DNA of 64,000 nucleotides from an uncultured Spirochaetota bacterium (GCA_963806975.1 CAWEAK010000022.1:68529-132528); one strand, 5' to 3'. Positions 34,203 through 43,904 are shown, counted from the first letter of the stretch. The notes: generated from the sequence alone by a model not told the origin. A program made the numbers and translations.

Positions 34203-34988
34203 TCAAAACCCAATTTTAGATAAAAATATAAATAATATTAGCAGAAAGAGTTCAATACCTTCATTATGAGCGCCTAAAACATCTCCAGTGATACCTCCGA
34301 TTTTTTTACCGGAATATAAATTAAAGAGATAAGAAAATATTACAACAGAAATAATTCCCAAGATTATGTAAATAATTTTTATTTTTAAAGATAATATTAT
34401 TAAACCCAGCAAAAACAGCAGAATAATGCTTGAGGTAAGAAGTATTTTCATATTCACTTTACCAATAACACCAATAGCAGTTCCCCTATCACTCGGATAC
34501 TTTGAAATAAAAGAAATAAATACAATGCCAAACCTTGATATGATAGGAATTGTAATAAATAATGGGATTAAACCTGTTATAAATAGAAATTTTTTTATAA
34601 TAATCCATTTTAATATTAAAAAGATAACAATTACTCCAAGTGTGAAACTTCCAATCCAGCTATCTTTTAGGATAGCAATTCTATCTTCTTTCTTTTTATC
34701 TGCAAGGAATGCATCAATCACAGCACAAAGCCCGTCAAAGTGATAAAACCTGTTTAAGATATATGATGTTAAAATAATAACCAGGCTTGTAATTTCAATA
34801 TCTACTTTAAGAATGAATCCTACAGCAGCTATTATATAAAGTATTAATCCGAATAATAGCCCGATAACCGGATAGAAAATAAGAGACATTTGTTGATTAT
34901 CTTCACTATACATATTCTTTGAGAAAGGAAACGGAATTCTTGTGAGTGTTGAAAATGCAAGTAAGAAAGACGATAGTAAATTTTTCAT
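34203..34988 (-). CDS. cobS: adenosylcobinamide-GDP ribazoletransferase (cobalamin synthase)
   Basis: Polytopic membrane protein. N-terminus FLLAFSTLTRIPFPF and C-terminal GGITGDVLGA are typical of CobS. Confidence 0.8.
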   Translation of the reverse strand: MKNLLSSFLLAFSTLTRIPFPFSKNMYSEDNQQMSLIFYPVIGLLFGLILYIIAAVGFILKVDIEITSLVIILTSYILNRFYHFDGLCAVIDAFLADKKKEDRIAILKDSWIGSFTLGVIVIFLILKWIIIKKFLFITGLIPLFITIPIISRFGIVFISFISKYPSDRGTAIGVIGKVNMKILLTSSIILLFLLGLIILSLKIKIIYIILGIISVVIFSYLFNLYSGKKIGGITGDVLGAHNEGIELFLLILFIFLSKIGF

Positions 34989-35021
34989 TTGCCCTTCCTT
35001 TTTTTGATGATTGTTTTTTTA

Positions 35022-37166
35022 TTAGAAACAGACTTTTATAAACCCATCTATAGTCTGATATTCAGCGCCTGTCATATAAGCAGTTTTTCTTTGATCATAA
35101 ATATATTTTATACCAATTTCCAAAATATCGGAAATAACAAATTTAATTGCCGCTGTGTATTCATTCCCAATGCCGTAATATGATTTTAAACTTGTTTCCC
35201 CAAGATAAAGCTCTTCCTCGAGTGCATAAAGAGCCGAATCAAAACTGGCAGAATGGTAGTTATTCCATCTACCTATTATATAGAACCATGAAAACGGCTT
35301 TATGGTACTCCTCAATGTAGACATATTCCCCATCTCTTTTGCAGTAAAATTCAATAAATTCTGCCATTTGAAAGTTAAATAGAATCTTTGATTAAAGAAT
35401 GTTCCCTCCGACATAAAATATGAACGAAGATTTATTGTATCCTGATAATCGGAGTATTTTGTTTTAACCTCAAAATCCAAAGTTTTAATCCAATTCTCAT
35501 CAATTTTTACTTTTGAGTTGAGTTTTGCCTGGTATCTTTGTTCAATGCTGTTATTTGTTATTTTTGATGATAAATCTGCGTATAATTGAGTTTGCAATAT
35601 AATAAAATTATAATCGATACCAGCAAACATTCCCCGGGTATTTTTTGAATCCCTAATTATATCTGTGCCATTCGGAGCATTAAAATTAGTCTGTGCATAA
35701 TACCCCAGTAGGGATGTTTTGAGAAATCCGTTTTTAAGTATAAGTCCTTGAACTCCAGAAATACCGTCAAACTCTGCAATTTCTCCATACAGGTTAAAGT
35801 TATCAAAAATAAGACTGTCGTAGTTAAAGCTTAATCCAGTGCTATCAAATTTTTTATCATATCTTGTCTGGTTTGCTGCTGTTAAGCCGAGAGTTGTATC
35901 AAATAAAGGGATTTTAGAACTAATGTTTCCTCCATAATCTCTCTGGCTATGCATTTTATTAATACTGTCATAATAAAAGTAAGAATAAAAACCGGTTATT
36001 CGCAATGCAGGTGAAAAATCTGAAATATTTACAGGAGCATCCTCATAGCAAATAGCAGCCCCATTAAAAAAATCCCTTTTTCCATTATTGTCGGAATCCA
36101 CAGCCAAACTATAATAGGGCTCGATTCCCCTGTCAAGTTTTTTTATCGGAAAGCTGTCGATATCAGATAATGGAGGAATGAATGATGGACCAAATAGGAG
36201 ATTCTGGCCAAGAGAAATCTTATAATGGCCCAATAAAAACTTATAGTTTTCGATTTGAATTAATGCATTGTAGCGGGAACGAAGAAAAATTTCATTTGAA
36301 TTTCCAATCGGATTAATCACCGGGCTATCACCCAAGTTTTCAGTGGCATAATATAGATTAATAAATTTTGTATCTACATTAAAACGATAAATTAAGGTAC
36401 TGGAAATATTTGATTCATTAATAAGCGAATTCGTAAGCTTATATGTTGATTTATCTTCGTAGCCTATAAATGACTTGAAAGAAAATGATTTCTTCTCAGG
36501 AGGTTTTATGGTAATAAAAGGGGATATAGTTAGCAGTTCACCTTCGGTCAAACCGGCGTTTGTAAGATCAAAAAGAGCGCTGATTGTATGGTTTTTTCTA
36601 TATTCATCTAAACGGTTAGCCTTTTCAAGATTCATCGATGGAAGTTCAGCCAGATATTTTACCGGTGTATTATTAAGATTCATTGGATTTAACTGCAGGT
36701 CATTAAAAAAAGAAATATTTTCAAGATCGTCGTCGGAGTAGTCTCTTAAGATTTCATCGGTACTTACCCGGTTGCTTTCTAAGTAAAAATAACTTTTCAT
36801 TCTTTCAATATTTTCATTATCGAATCCAATTAATAACAACTCATTGAAGTTTTCAATTTCACCATGGATATTACGATAATTCATTAAAGCTGAAGCCAGG
36901 GTTTCAGTAATACCGAGAATTTTAAAAAACCGCTTTAAAGGTTCGGATTGGATTTTATTAAGGTTCTTTTTTTCTTTAATGAAGTTAAGATAAAATATCT
37001 CATCCTGCTTTTGATTAGTTCCTACTGTCGGCTGGATTTCCTGGCCAACTGAATAGACAGGATGAAGCAAATAGATAAAAAATATTGAAAGAATTAAAAG
37101 GTATTTTTCAAAATTATTCATCCTATTTAATACCATAAAGTTATGCTTTTCTTTTAGCTTCTTCAA
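35022..37166 (-). CDS. outer-membrane beta-barrel-like protein with N-terminal ComEA-like helix-hairpin-helix modules
   Basis: Signal/TM segment YLLILSIFFIYLL. Two HhH-like modules (ILGITETLASALMNYRNIHGEIENFNELLLIGF; MNLNNTPVKYLAELPSMNLEKANRLDEYRKNHTISALFDLTNAGLTEGEL). About 480 aa of alternating aromatic strands follow, ending in a C-terminal F. The start is ambiguous (37166, 37136 or 37121). Confidence 0.5.
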   Translation of the reverse strand: MKKLKEKHNFMVLNRMNNFEKYLLILSIFFIYLLHPVYSVGQEIQPTVGTNQKQDEIFYLNFIKEKKNLNKIQSEPLKRFFKILGITETLASALMNYRNIHGEIENFNELLLIGFDNENIERMKSYFYLESNRVSTDEILRDYSDDDLENISFFNDLQLNPMNLNNTPVKYLAELPSMNLEKANRLDEYRKNHTISALFDLTNAGLTEGELLTISPFITIKPPEKKSFSFKSFIGYEDKSTYKLTNSLINESNISSTLIYRFNVDTKFINLYYATENLGDSPVINPIGNSNEIFLRSRYNALIQIENYKFLLGHYKISLGQNLLFGPSFIPPLSDIDSFPIKKLDRGIEPYYSLAVDSDNNGKRDFFNGAAICYEDAPVNISDFSPALRITGFYSYFYYDSINKMHSQRDYGGNISSKIPLFDTTLGLTAANQTRYDKKFDSTGLSFNYDSLIFDNFNLYGEIAEFDGISGVQGLILKNGFLKTSLLGYYAQTNFNAPNGTDIIRDSKNTRGMFAGIDYNFIILQTQLYADLSSKITNNSIEQRYQAKLNSKVKIDENWIKTLDFEVKTKYSDYQDTINLRSYFMSEGTFFNQRFYLTFKWQNLLNFTAKEMGNMSTLRSTIKPFSWFYIIGRWNNYHSASFDSALYALEEELYLGETSLKSYYGIGNEYTAAIKFVISDILEIGIKYIYDQRKTAYMTGAEYQTIDGFIKVCF

Positions 37167-37420
37167 TGTATCCTTCGGCGCATTTTAACATTTCTTCGTA
37201 TATTCAATGACTACTTCAGGGTGTTCTCTTCCGAATATTCTTTATTTTAACGGCTTTGACTTGAGAAAAGCAATATGCTTTTAGTCACTATTTGATATGA
37301 AGGAAGTCATTTTTTTAAAAAGCTTTCTTAATAAAGGATGATGAAAATTTATTCTGACTTGGGAAGAGGGAATTGAATTTGGAAGTAAAGGAGATCTTGG
37401 GAAAGTGAGTATTTAATCCT

Positions 37421-37624
37421 TTATTTACTCTGATCTATTGCATACCTGATAGATTTTCCAAGGAAACGGCTGAATTTATCCTCAACCTCACTTGTTTTTT
37501 CTCTGATTACCATTTTATTGCCAGAGTTAAAAAGGATAATTGTGTCGGGTGTTTCTTCCATATATTCAATAAGGAAAGGATTTATTGTAATTTTTGTGCC
37601 ATTCAAACGTGTTACTTCGATCAT
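37421..37624 (-). CDS. flbD: flagellar protein FlbD
   Basis: MIEVTRLNGTKITINPFLIEYMEETPDTIILFNSGNKMVIREKTSEV is the typical FlbD sequence. The start is taken at the second ATG. Confidence 0.85.
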   Translation of the reverse strand: MIEVTRLNGTKITINPFLIEYMEETPDTIILFNSGNKMVIREKTSEVEDKFSRFLGKSIRYAIDQSK

Positions 37625-37641
37625 AAGCCTTCTCATTTATA

Positions 37642-37679
37642 AAAAAAGACGATAATTAGTTAGTTATCGCCTTTTTTTA
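37642..37679 (-). terminator. intrinsic terminator/attenuator between flgE and flbD
   Basis: The minus strand reads AAAAAAA-GGCGATAA-CTAACTAA-TTATCGTC-TTTTTTT. Confidence 0.55.
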
Positions 37680-37695
37680 TTTTTATTATTAATAT

Positions 37696-39060
37696 TTATC
37701 TCTTTAAGTTCAGAACTTCCTGAAGCATTGCATCGGATGTTGTTATTACCCTGGAATTAGCCTGAAATCCTCTTTCAGTTACAATCATATCAGTAAAGGT
37801 TTCGGATAAATCCACATTACTCATTTCAAGAACACCGGCATTAATTTTACCGCGTCCCTGGGTTCCTGCAGCGCCTGCATTTGCCATTCCGGAGTTGTTG
37901 GATTCAGTAAAAAGGCTTTCTCCTTCTTTAACAAGCCCCATAGGATTCACAAATGCCGCTAAAGCCACCTGCCCGATAATTCTTCTCTCGCCGTTGGAAT
38001 AGGATCCGGTTACAGTCCCCGAATCGTCAATTTTAAAACCCTCAAGATACGACATTTCATAACCGTCCTGAAAATATGCCCTTGTACTTGTCGGCGAACT
38101 GAATTGTGTTATAGAATCTTTTACCTGCCCTGAGGTTCCAAGATCTAAATTAAAGTTTCTTGTTTCACCATCCGGCAGTGTGTATGAGACATTTGCAGTA
38201 AGCTGACCCTGTGTTGATGTTTGAGGATTGGCGCCGGCAGCCTCAGTAATTGACGCAATTGTCCCATTGGTATTAAAATTCATTTTCAGCTCATTATTTG
38301 TGTCAATTTTTACTCCGCCTATATTGACTTTTAAATTGTTATTATTTATTCCATCTATAGTTACAACCGTTCTCCATTGGTTTAATCCCTCTTTTCGGAA
38401 ATTCACTACCATTCTTCTTTTTGTTCCGTACCTGTCAACAACATCTATACTCGTGGAATGTGTGTTTGTTATAAGCTCATCTGCAGTCGGATTAGGACCT
38501 AATATCGGTGTATCAAGATTTAAATTGCTCTTCATTTTTACATTGGTTGTTTCCCGGGCTTCAAGTTTTTCCATTATAGGGATTTTCATATCTTCCAATG
38601 GAGCAGAAGGATTGATAACCCTTTCACCGTTCTGAAGTGTCATGGCATTCCACCCCTGAACCTTTAATCCGTCTGGGTTTACAAGCATTCCATCATTATC
38701 GAGCAGAAAGTTGCCGGAACGGGTATAAAAAGTTCTATCCCCAAGCTTTACAGTAAAGAAACCCTCTCCTGCAATCGCCATATCTGTATTCTTACCGGTA
38801 GTTTGAAGGCTTCCCTGGTTCATAAGTGTATCGATGCTGGAAACTGTCATACCAAGTCCAATCTGTTTTGGGTTTAATCCCCCCCTCTCATCTGTCGGCT
38901 TGGCTGCGCCTGTTAGAGTCTGGGATAGAATATCCTGAAATGTGACTCTTCCTTTTTTAAAACCGGTTGTATTGACATTAGATACATTATTGCCGATTAC
39001 GTCCATTCTTGTCTGGTGATTCTGTAGTCCGGAAACTGCCGAAAAAAGCGACCTCATCAT
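37696..39060 (-). CDS. flgE: flagellar hook protein FlgE
   Basis: N-terminus MMRSLFSAVSGLQNHQTRMDVIGNNVSNVNTTGFK. C-terminus LEMSNVDLSETFTDMIVTERGFQANSRVITTSDAMLQEVLNLKR. Confidence 0.95.
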   Translation of the reverse strand: MMRSLFSAVSGLQNHQTRMDVIGNNVSNVNTTGFKKGRVTFQDILSQTLTGAAKPTDERGGLNPKQIGLGMTVSSIDTLMNQGSLQTTGKNTDMAIAGEGFFTVKLGDRTFYTRSGNFLLDNDGMLVNPDGLKVQGWNAMTLQNGERVINPSAPLEDMKIPIMEKLEARETTNVKMKSNLNLDTPILGPNPTADELITNTHSTSIDVVDRYGTKRRMVVNFRKEGLNQWRTVVTIDGINNNNLKVNIGGVKIDTNNELKMNFNTNGTIASITEAAGANPQTSTQGQLTANVSYTLPDGETRNFNLDLGTSGQVKDSITQFSSPTSTRAYFQDGYEMSYLEGFKIDDSGTVTGSYSNGERRIIGQVALAAFVNPMGLVKEGESLFTESNNSGMANAGAAGTQGRGKINAGVLEMSNVDLSETFTDMIVTERGFQANSRVITTSDAMLQEVLNLKR

Positions 39061-39119
39061 AGGCTTTACTCTCCTTCTTTTTATATTTGAATAAATTACT
39101 TTAAATAAAAGTTGTTTTT

Positions 39120-39641
39120 TTAATCCTTATTTATAGGTTCGGTGATTTCCGAATCCTTAAATTTGTTATCTGTTATATTTGATTTATCAATTACAGTATC
39201 CCGTACTTCCTGTATCTGGGATAATGAAATTTCTATGCCGCCAATATTTAAATAAGTATCCCCGTTCTTAACTTTTATACTTTCAACAATACCACTACTG
39301 GATTTTCCGCTATCGTCAGTCCAGGTTACGGTTTTATTTACGAGATTAACCGCTTTAGTGAATGAAAATTCTTTTGTTAAATTTTTAAAGTTGTCGGATA
39401 ATTCGTTCATCTGCTTTAAGGAAGTAAATTGAGCCATTTGTCCGATAAATTCCTTATCATCAAGAGGTTTTGTTGGATCCTGAGTCCTGAGTTGTGTTAT
39501 GAGGAGTTTCATAAAATCGGCTTCACCAAGCGCATTCTTACTGACGATTTTCTGATCCTCTTTTAATTTTGAATTGAATTCATCTACTCTGTAATTTAAC
39601 TGAGTCATTTCCTGCGGTGACAATTGGGTATTGATATTCAT
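39120..39641 (-). CDS. flgD: flagellar hook assembly/capping protein FlgD
   Basis: LGEADFMKLLITQLRTQDPTKPLDDKEFIGQMAQFTSLKQM. GGAGGA RBS precedes ATG 39641. Confidence 0.9.
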   Translation of the reverse strand: MNINTQLSPQEMTQLNYRVDEFNSKLKEDQKIVSKNALGEADFMKLLITQLRTQDPTKPLDDKEFIGQMAQFTSLKQMNELSDNFKNLTKEFSFTKAVNLVNKTVTWTDDSGKSSSGIVESIKVKNGDTYLNIGGIEISLSQIQEVRDTVIDKSNITDNKFKDSEITEPINKD

Positions 39642-39673
39642 AAATTCCTCCATTCTGATAATGATTATCTTAT

Positions 39674-40123
39674 TTAAGCTATGTAGTTAATGCTTGATTC
39701 AAGAAGACTGTTTATTCTTGAATCAGAAATTTCTTCTATCGAATTATTCTGTATATCTGTTATTCCATCAATTCCATTATCAGCAAGTTTTGAAGAGTTA
39801 TTATCATTTCCACCGTTGCCCTGGCTTCCGAGACTCACATTAAGATTAGTCAAATTAACGCCGGCTTGTTGCAAGGCGCGTTGAAGATCGCCAAGATTCT
39901 GATCAAAAATCATTTTTGCTTCAGGAGTAGAAACAACAATTTTTCCTATAAGCTGCCCGTCTTCAAGACTGAATTTCATACTCATTCTGCCGAGCTCCGG
40001 GGGAATAAGGTTCATCTTTAGTTCGCTTTTCCCATCTTTTAAAGTTACCAATGCTCTCCCAGTGATATTCTGCATAAGGGCTTCCAGATTTACCTTGCTA
40101 ATGCCGCTAGGCATAGCTTGCAT
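39674..40123 (-). CDS. fliK: flagellar hook-length control protein FliK, C-terminal Flg_hook-domain part
   Basis: LKMNLIPPELGRMSMKFSLEDGQLIGKIVVSTPEAKMIFDQNLGDLQRALQQAGVNLTNLNVSLG. The frame overlaps the upstream ORF by 17-65 nt, depending on which start is used. Confidence 0.7.
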   Translation of the reverse strand: MQAMPSGISKVNLEALMQNITGRALVTLKDGKSELKMNLIPPELGRMSMKFSLEDGQLIGKIVVSTPEAKMIFDQNLGDLQRALQQAGVNLTNLNVSLGSQGNGGNDNNSSKLADNGIDGITDIQNNSIEEISDSRINSLLESSINYIA

Positions 40124-41039
40124 ACTGCTTTGCCGGCAAACCCGATCCCTGAATACCAAAGTTTTGATCAAATTGTTTCGTATTGATAATGATGTCTTCT
40201 CTTTTTTTTAATGACTCACCTTCATTTTTATCAATAATTTTCTGAATAGAGTTGATAGTATTATTTTTTTCTAAAGCTGGTTCTGCTTTTTTAATATCTG
40301 CAAATTGTTTATTTGTTGATTTTTCTGAAGATAGTACCTTTGTTTCTTTTTCAGTCTTAACTTTTGATGATGTCTCTTCATACTGAAACGACCGCTTATC
40401 GATGATTTTAACTTTTTCCTGATTACTTTCTGTTTCATTTTTTTGTTCTGTTTGATTATTCATGTTTCTTTCCTGATTTTTTAAATCCTTTTGGAAAGTA
40501 CCTGTTTTAACAGTTTGCAAATTGTCTTTTTCTAACTCTATGGCATTAATATCATTTAACTTTTTATTAATAAGTGATAATAAATTATCAAAACTCTTTT
40601 GATTTCGAAAAGACTTATTTAACATGTCAGTTATTTTGTTTAATATTTCATTAAAAAAACTGGTAAGATCGATACTTACTTTTCCAAAATCAAGTTGCAT
40701 TTTTTCATTTTTTTTATTACTTTTTTCCATTAAGGCTGAAATTTTATCTATGATTGCTTTAATATTTTCAATTGAAATATTCTCCGCTACTTCAGGATTT
40801 TTTTCTAATTCTTTTATTTTATCTTTAATATTTTCTATTTTTTTTCTCAAGTCCTTATCATTTAAGGGTTTATTTTTTTTATCTTCATGAGTGGATATAT
40901 TCTGTAATGTTTCTTTAAAATTAGGGTCTCTATTGTTTAAAATATCAAAATTATTTTTATTATCTTGTTTTGAGACAGCTTCCTGTATGTTTTTTGAATT
41001 TTCCAGTGGTAAATATTGTATTACTTTATCCAAAGTCAT
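40107..41039 (-). CDS. fliK: K/E/N-rich low-complexity protein in the FliK N-terminal position (probable FliK N-terminal part)
   Basis: Lies immediately upstream of, and overlaps, the Flg_hook-domain ORF. Composition is typical of FliK N-terminal regions. GGAG lies before ATG 41039. Confidence 0.5.
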   Translation of the reverse strand: MTLDKVIQYLPLENSKNIQEAVSKQDNKNNFDILNNRDPNFKETLQNISTHEDKKNKPLNDKDLRKKIENIKDKIKELEKNPEVAENISIENIKAIIDKISALMEKSNKKNEKMQLDFGKVSIDLTSFFNEILNKITDMLNKSFRNQKSFDNLLSLINKKLNDINAIELEKDNLQTVKTGTFQKDLKNQERNMNNQTEQKNETESNQEKVKIIDKRSFQYEETSSKVKTEKETKVLSSEKSTNKQFADIKKAEPALEKNNTINSIQKIIDKNEGESLKKREDIIINTKQFDQNFGIQGSGLPAKQYASYA

Positions 41040-41270
41040 TTTACACTCCATGAAAATTAATTCTTGTTATGATTTTCGGTAGAATTAAAAAAAGTTTAAT
41101 AAAAAAGATGTTTAATTATTTTTTAATTTTTATTCTTAACGGTTTGAAATAGTTATTAATAATGTTTACTAAAATATAGGAATTTGTAATTCATTATTTT
41201 TATCTTTTTTTCGATATAATATTAATTCATTATCACTCACTTTGAATGTAATATACTATGGAGAGTCGGA

Positions 41271-42335
41271 ATGGCAGATAAAATAAGGGTTTTAATAGTT
41301 GATGATTCGGCTATTGTCAGAAGTATGCTTCTGGAAAAACTTTCGGAACTTTCGGATATTGATGTGATTGGAACTGCGCCTGACCCTTTTATTGCAAGGG
41401 ATAAAATAGTAAAACTTAATCCCGATGTAATTACACTGGATATAGAAATGCCTAAAATGGATGGCCTAACATTTCTTGAAAAGCTCATGAGTTATTTTCC
41501 AATTCCCGTTATTATAGTAAGCTCGATAACAACAAAAGATAGATATGCTGCTATTAAAGCCCTAGAGTTGGGGGCATTTGACGTCGTTAATAAGCCAGGA
41601 GGGAGCATTACAATAAATGATGTTATTGATGAAATTGTATTTAAAATAAGACAAGCTTATCGATTAAAAGAAGGATTCATTTCAAAAAGAGCTGAAATTG
41701 ATAAAAAAATTTCAGGAAATAAGAGATTCAAATATAATTCCAATATTTTATCTAAAATCAGTACAACAGAGAAACTGATAACAATTGGCGCTTCTACCGG
41801 CGGTACATCGGCTCTGGAATTTATATTTAAAAACCTCCCCCCGAATCTCCCGCCGATAATGGTTGTAGAGCATATGCCGCCAAATTTTACAGAGCTATTT
41901 GCCAGCCGGTTAAACGACCTGTCAGAACTTGATATTAAAGAAGCTGAAGATGATGATTTAATTAGCCCGGGACGGGTTTATATTGCGAGGGGCGGACATC
42001 ATCTTATTGTAGTAAGAAAGGGTGCCTCTCTATATACGAAGCTTGTTAATTCTGAAAAAGTACATTTTCAAAAACCTTCTGTAGATGTTTTGTTTAATTC
42101 AATAGCAGAACAGATTGGGAAAAACGCAATTGGGATTCTGTTAACCGGTATGGGTAAAGATGGAGCAGAAGGGCTTCTTCACTTGAGAAAGCAGGGTGCG
42201 CTGACTATAGCACAGGATGAAAAAAGCTCGATTGTCTGGGGTATGCCTAGAATGGCTGTTGAAATCGGTGCCGCCGCGGAAATACTCCCGCTTGAATCCA
42301 TACCGGAAAGAATTATCGCCATATTAAAAGATTAA
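41271..42335 (+). CDS. cheB: chemotaxis response regulator protein-glutamate methylesterase
   Basis: Receiver domain (VLIVDDS, TLDIEMPKMDG) plus methylesterase domain (GASTGG, VEHMP, GMGKDGAEG). Confidence 0.9.
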   Translation: MADKIRVLIVDDSAIVRSMLLEKLSELSDIDVIGTAPDPFIARDKIVKLNPDVITLDIEMPKMDGLTFLEKLMSYFPIPVIIVSSITTKDRYAAIKALELGAFDVVNKPGGSITINDVIDEIVFKIRQAYRLKEGFISKRAEIDKKISGNKRFKYNSNILSKISTTEKLITIGASTGGTSALEFIFKNLPPNLPPIMVVEHMPPNFTELFASRLNDLSELDIKEAEDDDLISPGRVYIARGGHHLIVVRKGASLYTKLVNSEKVHFQKPSVDVLFNSIAEQIGKNAIGILLTGMGKDGAEGLLHLRKQGALTIAQDEKSSIVWGMPRMAVEIGAAAEILPLESIPERIIAILKD

Positions 42336-42806
42336 TTATGTTTTTAAATTTATCTTTATGAAATATCTTCTTAAAGCATCTCTTAATTCATAATCTTCTA
42401 TACACATTATTGTTTTATCAATCTTATTTATTATTTTTTTATCAATACTAAAGTTCTCGTTATCTTCAGTTTTTAATTCACTAATTTTTTTTACTTCTCC
42501 ATTTTTAAATCTTAAGGAATCAAAAGGCATCAAAAAAGATTCTTTTTGAAAACAACTGAAAATGCCAGCTTTTATATCGTCTCTTTGAAATGTTAATTCC
42601 TGTATCCATATAGAATCATCAACATTAACTGTCAATATACCATTTCTAACATTGTAAGGATAAGTATGAATAGCTATACTTTTTCCCACAATATTTTTCC
42701 ATTCTTTACGCAGTTGGATTAAAAACAACTCCTTTTCCGGTATAGTAGTTTTTACAAAATTATTTAATCCTAACTTAATTAATTGGAAACCTTTGGTTCT
42801 TTTCAT
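42336..42806 (-). CDS. DUF721 (DciA-like) domain protein
   Basis: EWKNIVGKSIAIHTYPYNVRNGILTVNVDDSIWIQELTFQRDDI fits the DUF721 pattern W..IVG...A.HT.P..........L.V.V.ds.W..EL. Confidence 0.6.
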   Translation of the reverse strand: MKRTKGFQLIKLGLNNFVKTTIPEKELFLIQLRKEWKNIVGKSIAIHTYPYNVRNGILTVNVDDSIWIQELTFQRDDIKAGIFSCFQKESFLMPFDSLRFKNGEVKKISELKTEDNENFSIDKKIINKIDKTIMCIEDYELRDALRRYFIKINLKT

Positions 42807-42896
42807 GCTTCAATTATAACATAATTTTTTATTTTTATCTTTTATTTTTTATGCTTTAGATTTATAATATGAAAGAATACAAAAAAGGATAAAAAT

Positions 42897-43904
42897 ATGC
42901 CGCAACTAAGACAAAATATTATTTTAAAAGAATGGGTTATCATTGCAACGGAAAGAGCAAAAAGGCCGGAACAATTAAAAGAAAATAAAAATATTCAAGA
43001 GGTTAGTCTGCCTGATTATGATCCAGATTGTCCGTTTTGCCCCGGCAATGAAAATAAATCCGGAAATACTAAAGAGATTTATAGAATTGAAAAGGACTCA
43101 GCCTGGCAATTAAGGGTAGTTCCCAATAAATTTCCAGCTTTAATGCCAATGGAAGGGAAAATTCAGATTAATACAACAGGATATTTAAGATGGATGGATG
43201 GAATAGGAAACCATGAGGTTTTAATAGAAACACCAAAGCACAATTTGTCTATAGCCATGATGGATGAACAAACTGTTTACAGGATTCTAATAACATATCA
43301 GAATAGAATAAAGTCTCTTATGGAACTCGATTATGTTGAATCTGTGATCCCTTTTAGAAATAACGGTACACGTGCAGGAGCGTCGCTGATTCATCCGCAT
43401 TCTCAAATAATAGCTCTTCCAGTCATTCCCACGGATATTATTTTAAGAATGAATGAGAGCATACGGTATCATGAAGAGCACAGAGACTGCATTTTCTGCA
43501 GGGTTTTGGCTTCGGAATTGGAAACAAGGGATAGAATTGTTCTTGAATCAAAATATTTTCTTGTATTTGTTCCATACGCGGCTTATTCTCCATTTGCAAT
43601 GTGGATATACCCAAAGAGGCATTCCTCTTCATTTAAGGAAGTTGAAGAAGACGAATTGAAAGATTTGTCTATAGTATTGAGGAAAAGTTTAAAAAAACTT
43701 TATCTTGGTTTAAACGATCCAGATTACAATTATATTATTCGTTCTTCTCCGAAGGGATATAATAATTCGGCTTTTTTTCATTGGTATATCACGATTATCC
43801 CGAGATTAACACGGACGGCAGGTTTTGAATTGGGTTCCGGAATGTTTATCAATCCGACAATTCCCGAGGAAGATGCGGAATATTTAAGGAATATTGAAGT
43901 CTAA
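42897..43904 (+). CDS. galT: galactose-1-phosphate uridylyltransferase family (HIT superfamily) protein
   Basis: Zinc motif CPFCPGNE and active-site HPHSQI (H-x-H-x-Q). Confidence 0.7.
   Translation: MPQLRQNIILKEWVIIATERAKRPEQLKENKNIQEVSLPDYDPDCPFCPGNENKSGNTKEIYRIEKDSAWQLRVVPNKFPALMPMEGKIQINTTGYLRWMDGIGNHEVLIETPKHNLSIAMMDEQTVYRILITYQNRIKSLMELDYVESVIPFRNNGTRAGASLIHPHSQIIALPVIPTDIILRMNESIRYHEEHRDCIFCRVLASELETRDRIVLESKYFLVFVPYAAYSPFAMWIYPKRHSSSFKEVEEDELKDLSIVLRKSLKKLYLGLNDPDYNYIIRSSPKGYNNSAFFHWYITIIPRLTRTAGFELGSGMFINPTIPEEDAEYLRNIEV

Noticed and set aside
37586-37601. Sigma-54-like TGGCAC-AAAAA-TTACA on the minus strand inside flbD.
   Set aside because: The invariant GC of the -12 element is replaced (TTACA). 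The site is also intragenic with no downstream gene start, so it is probably a chance match.
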